Assembly (NCBI GenBank): GCA_028534125.1
Contig: CM052816.1
Span: 66,962,001 to 67,026,000, forward strand
DNA from: Lama glama
Taxonomy: Eukaryota
Length of the DNA: 64,000 nt
Direction of reading: 5' to 3'
The position numbers were made by a program, and so were the translations under genes. This document shows, piece by piece, positions 51,540 to 63,948 of the stretch (position 1 is the first letter of the stretch; each line of letters starts with the position of its first letter). A model generated the notes under the pieces. It made no database searches. It was not told where the DNA came from and saw only the letters and a program-made list of their open reading frames with translations.

Positions 51540-53770
51540 CTGGACTTACTTTCCTTCCTGAAATATCCAAAAAAACTAGATAAATATTTGAAATAATGAT
51601 TTTGAAGACATTGGACACCAGGCAGCATAGGTCAGCGGTTCCTAAGAAATACGAAGTAAGCAAGATGAACCCGGATCAGTATCTTAAAGACAGTTTCTAG
51701 GTGATATGTGGTACAGAGAGAACCCGGGAGCCCTATGTTGAGGAGATACTGCAAAGAGCCCAGGGAGACAAAGTGGCTGGAGTCACTGAAGAGAGTACCA
51801 GAGGGGAGACAGCTGCATAGACAACCCTGGAGATTTGTAATATGCACTTGTGTATTCTGTATGCCCTGGAGATCTGTAATATGCACTTGTGTATTCTGCA
51901 AATGAATGATAGACACCAAGTCTGGAGAAAGAATCCAAAAGGATTAGAAGGACCAGTACTTGATGCTCACTTAGGGTTGGGAAGAGTAACTTCTCCACAG
52001 GACATAATTAAGAGTAGTCAGAAGGGTCCTGCCTCTGTAGCAAGAAATAGTTAGCCCAAGTCTCAATGCTGCTCCATTCTGAACAAACTGAACAAACTTT
52101 AAAATCAACCCTCCCTCACCAAAAAATCAAATTTTTCCAAGTAACAAAGCTTGAGGTTTACAGAAATACAAAAATATACAGCACCAACAAGGTAAAATTC
52201 ACAAAATGTGGTGTAAATTAAAGTTTACCAAGAATGAGAGAAGAAAAAAAATATGACTAATAGTGAGGGGAGAAAAATCAAATAATTAAAACCAACTAAG
52301 AATGGACAAAAAAGATAGAATTACCAAATAAAAACATTCAGAGTAATTATACCTGATTGTTTATGTTCAAATCATTAAGCAGTGACATGGAAGTTAAAAA
52401 AAGGAGTCTCAAACTTCTAGAAGTGAAAACTATAATGTATAAGAAAAAATACACACTGGAGAGGACTAGTAGCAGATTACTCATTATAGAAGAACAAATT
52501 AGGAAACTTGAAGACATAGCAATGGAAACTACCCAATCTGAAAAACAGAGAAACTTTTTTTTTTTTAATGAAAAGATTGCCAGTGAATTTGGGGCAATTT
52601 TAAGTAGCCTAATATAATGTAACTGGAGTCCCCAGAGAGAGGTTAAGAGAAAAGAGGCAGAAAAAAATGGAAGAAATAATGAATCTACAAATTTTTTACA
52701 CATATTTGTTATTAATTTCTAATTTAATTCCACTGTGGTCAGAGGGCACACTTCGTGTGACTCAAAATCTTTTATATTTATTGAGACATACGATGGCTCA
52801 CCCAGCATATTATCTTTCTTGATAGATGTTCTCTAAAAGACTATGTGCTCTGCTCTCTTGGGGTACAGTGTTCTCTAAATGTCAATAAGGTCCAGTTTAT
52901 TGTTGGTGGCTTCTAATCATCTATATTTATTTGTATACAACATGATCATCTTTGTAGAAAATCCAACAGAATCTACAAAAAAGCTACTACAATTTATAAG
53001 GGAAACTAGGAATAATGAAGGGTACAAGATCAATATAAAAATCAATTGTGTTTCTATACACTAGCAATGAACAAGATGACATTTAAATTAAAAAAATACT
53101 ATCTACAACAGCATAAAAATATGAAATACTTAAAGATGAATTGCACTAAAGATGTATGAGACCTAAACACTGAAAACTGCAAAACACTGCTGAGAGGAAA
53201 TTTTCCTAGGCCTAAATAAATGCAGCAAGAGATCTTACTCATAAGTTAAAGTGCTCAATATTGTTAAAATGTTAGTTCTCAAATACCGATAGGTTCAGTG
53301 CAATCTTATCAGGCATTTCTGTAGAAATAGAAAAGCTGATTCTAAAATTCATATTGAAATACCAAAAGACCTAGAATAGCCAAACCAACTTTGAAAGAGA
53401 ACAAAGTTAGAGGACTAAAACTATCTGATTTCAAGAGTTAGTATAAGCTATAGTAAAAAAGACAGTGTAGCATAACTTTGACAAAGACCTTTCATCATAT
53501 AAACAATTAATTCAAAATGGATCACAGACCTGATTTTAAAATCTAAAACTATGCAACTTCTAGAAGAAAAAAGAAGAATATCTTTGTGACTTTGGTTAGT
53601 CAAAGATTTGTTGGATATAACACCAAAAACAAAATCCATAAAAGAAAAAAACTAATTTGTACCTCTTCAAAGTTAAAAACTGCTACTCTTTGGAAGATTG
53701 TACAGGAGACTGAAAATGCCAGCCATAGCCTGGGAGGAAACATTTGCAAATCACATATCTGATAATAGAT
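51540..53770 (+). mobile_element. Old L1M element: 5'UTR, ORF1 remnant, inverted ORF2 piece (~52700-52910, minus), ORF2 RT remnant
   Basis: ORF 52357-52617 resembles the ORF1p coiled coil (SRLLIIEEQIRKLED); 52879-53064 has MIIFVENPTESTKKLL...GYKIN (RT); 'taatttaattccactgtggtcagag' is antisense ORF2. Confidence 0.85.
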
Positions 53771-53794
53771 TTGCACCGACAAGAGTTTCTACAG

Positions 53795-54022
53795 TGTCCA
53801 GTTAAGAACATGATTTCTGGAGTCATGCTGCCTAGGTAGCCTTGTTACTAGCTGCTATATAACACTTTACAGGGTTTTTCAACGTTCAAAATGCTTCAAT
53901 TTTGTTATCTATAAGAAGAGAAAATTTAGAATACTCACCTCAAAGATTGTTGTGAGGATTAAATGAATTAATTGATGTAAGGTCATAGACTAGTACCTAA
54001 CATGAAGAGAATACTCAATGAG
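53795..54022 (+). mobile_element. MIR relic
   Basis: 'gttaagaacatgatttctggagtca...aagattgttgtgaggattaaatgaattaat'. Confidence 0.8.
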
Positions 54023-54528
54023 AATGAGAGACACAGAGACAGAGAGAGAGAAGAACCCTTAGTTGTTTACCTCTACAATATGGAAATGATTAGAAATATA
54101 ACCACCTCCAGTGGTTGTCATGCTTTTAAACACTGGCCTGAGAATTAGTTTCTCTCAAAATACAAGTAAGAAAGCCTATTGCACTGACTCACTGGACACA
54201 AATAAAACCTATGTCCAAGAAGCATCATTTTGTCTTACAAGAAAACAAATAGGGTCAAAAATTCCATTTTCTACTACAACCACTGTTTTTCTGGGTGGCT
54301 GAGAAATCCAATCAGGCCTTCCTAGTAAAAAGGGACTCAAACATCTGCTTTCAAATGAAGTTTAACCTAGGGTGTAAGAGAGCACATCTCAGTGTCAGAA
54401 AACAGATGTGTCAGGAAATGAATCTTTAATAGGAAAGAAAAATGTGATTCTTTGAGTTTCTGCTTTTGCCAAGAGTTGACAAAATACATTGTTATCTGTG
54501 CCAAGAAAAAAAAAGAAAATATTCATAC

Positions 54529-54565
54529 CAACTTCTTTGATCAACTTCTTCATCTATTGACTTTC
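54529..54565 (-). CDS. Candidate 37-nt exon
   Basis: Minus strand: 'ctcttttgttaatag' | GAAAGTCAATAGATGAAGAAGTTGATCAAAGAAGTTG | 'gtatga'; purine/GAA-rich; reads GKSIDEEVDQRS after the 58.7-kb candidate. Confidence 0.27.
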
Positions 54566-55062
54566 CTATTAACAAAAGAGTTTATGGATTTTTAAATGGC
54601 CTCTCTAGTTCTTGGTTTTACAAGTGATACAGAGATTGACAGTGCTTTAAAGTTCCCCAACACTGAAGCTGCAGGGCAGTGACATCTCACAGAGTGCTAC
54701 TCGCCACGTCCTGAGTCCATCTCACCCTACTTCCACCTCCAGGGACTCTTTCAGTTGAGAGCAACATCACATGTCATGAAAGGATTATCACTAAGGTGGG
54801 TTTCCCCAGTTATCTTTGTAGTTAGTGGGTTTCTAATTGCACAAACACATTCCTTTTGAGGATCAGAGCTGTAAGTTGGATATAAACCAAGGAGAAGTTT
54901 AAAGAGGAAGTAACAGAAGTCTATGTCACTTCTGGAGTCAATTTGGGAGAAGTATTAGATTTATTTGGAAAAAGGTGTATTCCCATATGCAACTGACTGA
55001 TTTTCAGTGTGGCTACTGAATTTCAGCATGGGGCACTCTGTACCTCAAAAGTGAAGATTCCT

Positions 55063-55583
55063 CAGTGTTCATAGCACTATTCAAAATAGACAAGACACGG
55101 AAACAACCTAAGTGCCCAATGACAGACAGGATAAAGAAGATGTGAGATGTGTGTATGTGCATGTGTGTGTGCGTGTGTGTGTGCGTGCGTGTGTGTAATA
55201 AAATACTATTCAGCCATTAAAAGGAATGAAATTCTGCCATTTGTAGCAATGTGGATGGACTTGGAGGGCATTATGCTAAGTGAAATAAGTCAAAGATAAA
55301 CACTATATGATATTGCTTCTAAGTGAAATCAAAAAATGCAACAAACTTGCGAATATAACATAAAAGCAGCAGACTCACAGATATAGAGAACAAACCAGTG
55401 GTTACCAATAAGGAGAGGGGAGGGTCAATATTGAAGTAGGGGAGCAGGAGGTACAAACTACTGGGTATAAGAGAGGCTCAAGGATATATTGTGCAACACA
55501 GGAAATACAACCAATATTTTGTAATAATAGTAAATGGAAAGTAAAATGGAAACTTTAAAATGGTATAAAATAAAAAAAATTTA
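55063..55583 (+). mobile_element. 5'-truncated L1 3' end containing a (TG/CG)n microsatellite (~55147-55197)
   Basis: 'aatgaaattctgccatttgtagcaatgtggatggacttggagggcattatgctaagtgaaataagtc'; degenerate TSD aaaagtgaagattcct (55047-55062) / aatagtgaagactgct (55584-55599). Confidence 0.92.
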
Positions 55584-56099
55584 AATAGTGAAGACTGCTT
55601 CACACACTTCTGCACTGGAAGGCAATTCTCACCTTTATTCCCATGTTATTCTTCAAAATCTCTTATTTCTTAGGGGTTAGACCTGATATATGGAAATGGA
55701 AACATTTTCAGGGACAGAGAATGTGTGAATCTGTCTGTTTTGGAAAACCAGTACTGCAATTTCCAAGCAAACACAAACTAGCCCTGGCTCTCTTTGGGAC
55801 CATTCCATACTCTGCTCTTAAAAGCGTTTACAACAGTTTGGAGGCAGGATAGTGAGCTTTACAGCTCAGACATGCAAAGGAAGCAATCTCCTTCGGCATA
55901 TAAAATGTCTAGACACAGAAGGATGATCTCAGTCATAACAGAAGCCTGGTTCTGCTAGAAAGCTTTTCTTTAGCAGAGGCTGTCCTTCAGATGATAGAAA
56001 ATCCCAAACCAAGCCTAGCAGTGTGAAAGGCAAACCAACCATGTTCTTTTAGCTCAGATCCGGCACATACTCATTTAAAACTGCAACATACCGGATGTT

Positions 56100-56210
56100 T
56101 CTCATTTATCCATTAGATCAACAGATATTTACTAAGCACCTACTAAGTTCCAGGCATTGTTATGCAACAATGAATAACACAATGCCAACTTTCAAGAAGC
56201 TTGGGCTCTA
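56100..56210 (-). mobile_element. L2 3' end relic
   Basis: 'caacagatatttactaagcacctactaagttccaggcattgt'. Confidence 0.75.
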
Positions 56211-57604
56211 CGGCAATGATTCTTAAGGGCGGGGCTTTTTCTGACTGATGGGGGTTTACCTTATTCCTGAAGGTATTTTTTTAAGAAAAGAGAGAGACCT
56301 GTGGTGATGGAAATCAATGTTCCATGTTTATATCTTAGCTCCCAGGAGAATGTTAGTGGGTCTTCAAGATGGAAATTAAAGACTTGCTCTGCTCTGTCCA
56401 TTTTCTATTTGAGCAACACTCAAGAAACTGAAGACACGGGAGGGGCAGCACTAGGCCTCCTTGAAAATTTGCATGTGGAACAGTCCCTGCCGAGCCTTCC
56501 CACCTCCTTTGCATAAATATGTACAGAAGGCCTGTCCAGCCACTAGTGTCCAGCCTCCCCTTATCTGGGTGTGAGAACTGAAGTCAGCATCACAGTGTCT
56601 CTGGTATGTGGAATTGGCGGCCATGGCCCGGGAAACCCCACAGAGATTTCACAGCTGCATGACTTATGCAGATGAAGTGACTCATTCGCCTCAGAATGCA
56701 TTGGTAACCATGAGGTCAACTTCAGAGCAGGCCACCTCAGCCAGCTAGAGCACCGATTGTGGGAGATGAATTCTTCAAAGATAAGAGACTCTTTCCAGGC
56801 AAATGGTAAAAAAGAAGTACAGCTAGAGACAATATATTGGACTTTGACCACAAATTTATGAACAGAACCAATTCAACAGATCTAGACAAACTCATACTGA
56901 CTTTGGGAGCTTGAATGAAAATAAACATTTTTGGTTTTTTTCTGTTAAGGATATAAATAAGTTTATAGAAAAATAGCAAAGAGAGGCCATAAAAAAAAAA
57001 CTGGATGATTTTATGTAGAAACTTGGATTTTCTCTAATAATCCCCTAACATGCTATTTTTCTTCCATTCTAGTGGTTGAAATGTCCACTAATCAGCTCCA
57101 TATGCTTTACCATCATTAAGTTGTGCCCTTCAGGTGTTTTACTCTAATTCTTCCAAATCATCAAAACAAATGTTCAAGGCTGCTTTGGGGTCATTCAATT
57201 TGACGACTGGATGACTCTCTTTATAAAAAACCAAGCCAGAACTTGACAGAAGACTAGACTAGGAGGATCCGAGTTTTTCCAACTTCATTTTTGAGATTCT
57301 TCTGTAATTGGCAAATTACAATTTTGGAGAACCAAGATCTAGAAAGCTTTTATGATAGAATATTTTTAAAACAAAATAAGAACAAAAATAATGTTTCCTG
57401 AGTTGCCAGTTTGGGGATGACAGGCTAGTGAACACTAAGGACAGTAACCTTAAAAAATTAATGGTTATGGGAAATTAATGGCCTCTCTTATGGGAATTTT
57501 GCCCTCCCTAACCACGCCTTGTTGGTGAAGGCTCTCTGTGCCTACTAAGCAGCATTACCAAGTAAGGACAGAGAAAACTGCTGACTCTATGCTCCACCCA
57601 CAAT

Positions 57605-57725
57605 AATACAGATTTCATGCAGGCAGGGATTCTGATTGTTTTCTTCACAGCCATATGCCCAGTATAAGGAACAATGCATATTTACATAGTGTGTACACAA
57701 TACATATTTGTGAATGCAATGAGTA
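57605..57725 (+). mobile_element. L2 3' end relic
   Basis: 'catgcaggcagggattctgattgttttcttcacag...caatacatatttgtgaatg'. Confidence 0.7.
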
Positions 57726-58717
57726 GTTTAAGTGGCAGTTTTTACCTGCATAGGGATACTGTGATTCAGTTTACCAAAGCAACTTTTGTCTAATTAATGC
57801 CTCTTAGCACTTGAAGGACTCACAGATCGAAGCTACTTTGACACAGGTTTTTTCTGATCATTTATATGTTTCTTTGGGTCAAGCATATGTAGGATTATTC
57901 TAATCAAGTTTGGTATGGGAAGTGGTGAGGAAAAGGCTATAAGCATGGCTTGGCAATTTTAGGTCGAATTTAGCAGGTCACCACCAAAGGTAGTGAGGTC
58001 AGAAGTAAAATTAGAGGAGAGGTCTTTAACAAGTCCAAGCTAGAAGTAGAGTCAGCAAGAATCAAAACTGAGTCAGGATGGGGCTAAAAGGTAAAGCTGG
58101 GTAACATCATTATTGAAGTCCTAAGTCATGTGAGTTCAGGATGAGAGATGATTTCTGGTTGCTTCCCTCCTGATGGCAGGAGAGAGAGTAGAAGTCCACC
58201 ACTAAAGATGGGGAGTCAAGATAGGGATCTAGGTAAAGTAATTACCTGGTACGAGTTGATATGAAATAACTCTGTGATTTTATGTTGAGCTTTTATTTTC
58301 CACAGTGATTGAAGCTCGGAAAAAAATGGTCGTGCATAAATTTCAAGTTTTCTATTCAGTGTAAATTGCTTTAGAAATAATGTATTCTACCAAAGGAAAC
58401 AATTATATGGACTAAAATAAACATTAAACACAGATACATGAAAACTTTAAATTCTAGAAAGTGATTGTATCTTTCTTTTCCAGTTTATGGCTGTTACTAA
58501 GAGTGATCACTAAAACCAAAATTAACTTGGAGGCAGAAGTCTCCAGCTGTTGAATAATCAGTTGGGGACTTCCAACTAAAAGTTCCTGGTACATCATTTA
58601 AGCTGCCAGCTCATCTACTCCCTGTATGAAATCTTTCCTCTTCTTTGGATCAGGCAAGATCTCTATTCAGCTGTGGGGTTTTGGTTTGTGTTTTGTTTTT
58701 TTTTTCAGTTCACTTAC

Positions 58718-58757
58718 CAACTCGCAGATTTCCTTTGTAAAATTTTGAAGCAGTAAG
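58718..58757 (-). CDS. Candidate 40-nt exon of an unidentified gene
   Basis: Minus strand: 'ttctcatttattccctttttctatag' | CTTACT...GCGAGTTG | 'gtaagt'; open in all three frames (e.g. LTASKFYKGNLRV or LLLQNFTKEICEL); non-repeat context; protein not recognised. Confidence 0.4.
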
Positions 58758-59421
58758 CTATAGAAAAAGGGAATAAATGAGAACTCTGTAGACTCTGCTA
58801 TATACATCTTTGGTAATTCTACTCATTAGGGAATAACTTCAATTAAAAACAAAACTACAAAGTAGTCCAAATCAAATCTTTGCTTTCCCTCCCTCCCCAC
58901 CCAACATGAGAGTCTTTTCAAACAGCATCTATTTGAGATATCTACTTACAGTTACTTGTCAGTTATCAATTCTCAGTTGGTGCCCCATAGTAACATTTCT
59001 GCTCTAGGTAGCTAGAAATATATCTCTAAGCACATGATTAGAGAGTTGAACACTATACAAAACAGCAACTTCAACAGGAAGTCCTTTCATCAAGCTTAAA
59101 TTTTTTTTTACCATTCTTGCAAACAACATAGACCTCCTAGAAACAGCTTTTTAAAATTAAAGCAAATAACCATGCATTTAACCCACAGTCCTTTCTAAGC
59201 AAGAATAACTAGTATTTTACTTTAATTTACTCTCTGGTTTTGATTTTTCATTCTCCTAAAAATTTACATTCAAATTATATCGTTCTTAAAGATTTGATAG
59301 CTATTTTCCTTCCAGCCTTAACCTATAATATTTCAAAATATTTCTGAGTTAATCTTTGACATTTATTCATGGAGTGAAGAAAATAATCAAGAAACAGTGT
59401 CTTAAAAAATGGGAAAATAAT

Positions 59422-60913
59422 AGTCTTTGACAAAGGAGGTAAGAACATAGAATGGAATAAAGACAGTCTCTTCAGCAAATGGTGTTGGGAAAACTGGACA
59501 GCAGCATGTACATCAATGAAGCTAGAACAATCCCTTACACGATACACAAAAATCAACTCAAAATGGATCAAAGACTTAAACATAAAACAAGATACAATAT
59601 ACCTCCTAGAAGCAAACATAGGCAAAACATTGTCTCACATACATCTCAAAAATGTTCTCCTACAGCAGTCTACCCAAGCAATAGAAATAAAAGCAAGCAT
59701 AAACAAATGGGACCTAATTAAACGTACAAGCTTTTGCACAGCAAAGGAAACTATAAACAAAACAAAACAACAACCTACGGAATGGGAGAAAATTTTTGCA
59801 AAAGATGAAACTGAGAAAGGCTTGATCTCCAGAATATATAAGCAGCTTGCAAAACTTAATAAGAAAAAAACAAACAACCCAATCCAAAAATGGGCAGAAG
59901 ACCTAAACAAGTAATTCTCCAATGAAGACATACAAATGGCCAATAGGCACATGAAAAAATGCTCAATATCATTAATTATCAGAGAAATGCAAATCAAAAC
60001 TACAGTGAGGTATCACCTCACACCAGTCAGCATGGCCATCATTCAAAAGTCCACAAATGACAAATGCTGGAGAGGCTGTGGAGAAAAGGGGACCCTCCTA
60101 CACTGCTGGTGGGAATGCAGTTTGGTGCAGCCACTGTGGCAAACGGTATGGAGATTCCTCAAAAGACTAGGAATAGACTTACCAATGATCCAGTAATCCC
60201 ACTCCTGGGCATATATCCAGAAGGAACTCTACTTCAAAAAGACGCCTGCACCCCAATGTTCATAGTAGCACTATTTACAACAGCCAAGACATGGAAACAG
60301 CCTAAATGTCCATCAACAGATGACTGGATAAAGAAGATGTGGTATATTTATACAATGGAATATTGTTTAGCCACAAAAAACGACAACATGACGCCATTTG
60401 CAGCAACGTGGATGTCCCTGGAGAATGTCATTCTAAGTGAAGTAAGCCAGAAAGAGAAAGAAAAATACCATATGAGATCACTAATACATGGAATCTAGAA
60501 AGAAAGAAAGAAAGGAAGGAAGGAAGGAAGGAAGGAAGGAAGAAAGGAAGGACTGAAGGAAGGAAGGAAGGAAAAGAAAGAAAGAAAAGAAAAAAACAAA
60601 TTAACAAATACAAAACAGAAAAAGACTCATAGACATAGAATACAAACTTGTGGTTGCTGGGGGGGAGGGGAGTGGGAAGAGATAGACTGGGAGTTTGAAA
60701 TTTGTAGATACTGACAGGTATATATAGAATAGATAAACAAGATTATAACGTATAGCACAAGGAAATATATACAAGATCTTCTGATAGCTCATGGTGAAAA
60801 AGTATGCAACAATGAATACATGTATGTTTTTGTATAACTGAAAAATTGTGTTCTACACTGGAAATTGACACAATGTTGTAAACTGACTATAACTCAATAA
60901 AATAAAATTTTTT
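59422..60913 (+). mobile_element. Young 5'-truncated L1 (~1.5 kb), disrupted ORF2 C-terminus plus 3'UTR
   Basis: ORFs 59516-59914, 59936-60196 and 60064-60498 give L1 ORF2p motifs ([39 protein letters not shown]) with a stop and a frameshift; 18-bp TSD aaaaaatgggaaaataat / aaaaaacaggaaaatgat at a TT/AAAA site. Confidence 0.97.
60497..60600 (+). repeat. (GAAA)n/(GGAA)n polypurine microsatellite within the L1 3'UTR
   Basis: Read directly. Confidence 0.95.
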
Positions 60914-61985
60914 AAAAAACAGGAAAATGATGTTTTCTTCTTATCTTCTGAGCAATAGAACATGTCTGAAATAGTTTCAAAGCTTTCTTTTTCAAACAGC
61001 AGGCTCCAAACTAGTGTTTCTAATACCTATTTTCAACAGAAAACAGAATCACACACAAAAGGATTTTTCAAAACTCTATTCTCTAACAGCCAATGTTTTG
61101 TTTTTCTATTCATGGAAATGACAACCTCTCAGTTTTCTCAAGATTCCTCTGGCCTTTGCCAGTAAATTTATTTCACTTAATGACAGGCATATAGGGGAAA
61201 AAAATTTTTGCTTCATATAATGAATGTAGCACACCACACACAGCTTTCCAAAAACTCATTTTAGTGAGCCTATAGACAGGAAGGGGGACACATTAAATTT
61301 TCAATTGTGAACAAAAGCACCTAAGGATGGGAATTCTTTCCAAATCTCTCCTGAAGAGACATACAACAAATAAGACTTCCTGGATTGACACATCACGTTT
61401 TCTGCTAAATTTTTTCTGGTTTTAAGAAGAGTTATATCATAAATGTGAAACAGGAGCCTGCTACTTTCTATTTCAGGAAATTACACAAAATGATTTCTAA
61501 GGCAATTTTGACAGATATAATGGGGTTCAAATGAGCTTGTCTTAGTCACAACTCTTCCATCTCCCATACCCCATAACTTATTTCTCTTCATGGTCAACTC
61601 CTCTCTCTTATTTATTTTTTTCTTTCAACTCCATTCAGTCTAATTCACAATTCTTTATAATGCCCTTATTATATATAAGATACACTGTAAGTATTTCGAA
61701 TATTAACGAAACCTGGTTCCCCACTGGAATTAGAGGCCCTTTAAAAAATAAATTCAGTAAAAACAATGTAAACAGAAATGGAAAGGAAGCTTGCTAGAGA
61801 CTTTAGGAGGGTGGGAAGGTGGACCATAAGTCCCTCATGGACGAGGCCACTATCTTCTTGTTTATTTGCAAGGCCTGGGGGAGGACTGATAATGGAAGTC
61901 CACATGTTATATGCCTTAGTATATATTATTAAGTTAATAAATTATACTCTCAGATGGTGATTTAATATGTGTTCTATCCTCTTAC

Positions 61986-62005
61986 CTCAACAAGTTCATC
62001 TTTAA
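61986..62005 (-). CDS. Candidate 20-nt micro-exon
   Basis: Minus strand: 'tgcatatatttttcag' | TTAAAGATGAACTTGTTGAG | 'gtaaga'; joins the 58.7-kb candidate without a stop in two frames. Confidence 0.33.
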
Positions 62006-63929
62006 CTGAAAAATATATGCAAGTTATGTTTTATATGATTGAATGCCAGCAAAATTTAAAAAGGCAACTAAATTTACTTATTATTGTACATATCTGTTGA
62101 CTGATTAATAATGTTTGGATAAGCAATACAGTAAAAAATATGTACAATTCATAAACTAGTATATATTTTAATTGATTTATTTTTCTGGCCTTTATTTCAA
62201 TAAGATCACTAATTATTTGGTTTGATCAAGATTTTTTACATAATTTGTGTTCTACTGACATCAATTACCTAAAAGGTTAAAGATGTAAATATACAGTTTT
62301 CAAAATTTGAATGTATTTTTATCAAAGTTATATATGAAAATAAATAAGGGAAATATAAATAAGGGAAGATATTTTTAATATATATTTTCAACATATTTTT
62401 CTTTTTAAATATTCAAAATCAAGATAAAACACATACTTTAATCAATGAATATCAAAATTTTAAATAGTTTAATAAAGCTAAAGATTTTCATTTCATTTTG
62501 AAAACAATATAAAGTATTTTTATAAAAATGAGACTATTTGAAATTTAGTGATCAACCCCCATTTAGTTGCCAATATAAAGAACTGGCTTCACCATGTTAT
62601 AGCTAGACCTATACGTATACTCATTTAAGAGTAGTATGAATTATTTAATATTACAAAATGTTCTTTACTCTCCATGTGCAACTGTGATAAATAATGTGCT
62701 AACTTAAGTACCTTTTGAGCCATGAATTATAAATAATAAGCAGCAAAAAAAAAAGATTGCTCAGCAGCACTGTGAACAACAGTTAGCTATCTTAGAATTT
62801 ATTGCATTCACATGATCTCAGAGAAAGAGTACAAAAAGTTAGAATAATTTATATTTTACATATTGGAGCACTTCCACTGCTCAAACCTTTCCTACTCCAA
62901 AGGAGTATCAATATTCAACATGGCAGGGACACAATCCACCAATTCTCATGGCTTTGAAGTACTTTTTCATTCAAGGAAATAGGTCAAGAGATGTGGAAAA
63001 GCATTTCTTTGGGCCATAAGAACATTTCTGCAGGTGCTGAGTGCCAGATCTTAAGTGAGAGAGATGCTTATGAGTTTTAAAATAATTCTCAATGTGGATT
63101 TAGAATATGCAGGGTTCTCAAAAGTTTAAAGGGCTCAAGGAAGGAATATCTTTAACTCAAGTCCAAGGGCATTACTATCCATCATCTATCACACTGTCTC
63201 ATATGTAGCAGGGTATAATTAATGTTGCAGTTATTACAGAAGTTGGTGACTAATTATACAGGTGTAGGGTGAGGAGAATACAAACAAGTAAAGCACGGTG
63301 GTAGTGTCTAAAGCCTGCTGATAGGGAGGTTTAATAATTTCAGGAAAAAATTGTGAGAAAAGAGGTTGTATTTATCCCCAAACACTGTAAATTTGAAGTA
63401 TTCGTAGAATTTCTTTGAGAAAGTCTGTTAAACAACTGGACATTTTAATGTTTAACATTTAAAAAATTTAAAATTTTTTCAGAGGATAATGCAAAGGATG
63501 CCCAATTTAATGATGGCAGAGTAAAGGGGGCATTTATTCTTCTTTTCCTAGGAATGAAAATTAAAAATCCAATATAAAATTCCATTTTTGGTAAAAACAG
63601 AAACACAACATCTCCAAACTACAGGATAGGTTTAGGGGCTGTTCACACAACAGGAACCAAGCAACGGCACACGCAGAAAGAATCAGGTAAAGGAAACCAT
63701 GGCAGCAGGTCTCAGGGAAAAAAAAAAAAAAACAAATAGCAAAAACAGAAAAGATAGGAACATAACCTGAGTCATGATTTCTAAAGCCTTTGTTTTTATC
63801 AGCCAGACAATGGTACACACACTGGGGGAAAAGGTAAATAAGGATGAAGCTAGAAAAAATGATCACACAAACAAGCTGTATTTTCCGAAAGCTGTTTCTG
63901 TACCAACAAAGCAGAAGAGAGGACCTTAC

Positions 63930-63948
63930 ATCATAAACAGCGCCACAG
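63930..63948 (-). CDS. Candidate 19-nt micro-exon
   Basis: Minus strand: 'atgacttttctccag' | CTGTGGCGCTGTTTATGAT | 'gtaagg'. Confidence 0.25.

Noticed and set aside
59479..60498. Overlapping ORFs as an active retrotransposon
   Set aside because: 5'-truncated, with a stop at 59912-59914 and a frameshift near 60185; cannot be autonomous.
63553..63591. Plus-strand 39-nt exon-like unit with a good acceptor
   Set aside because: Stops in all three frames; shows that chance splice-site pairs are common here.
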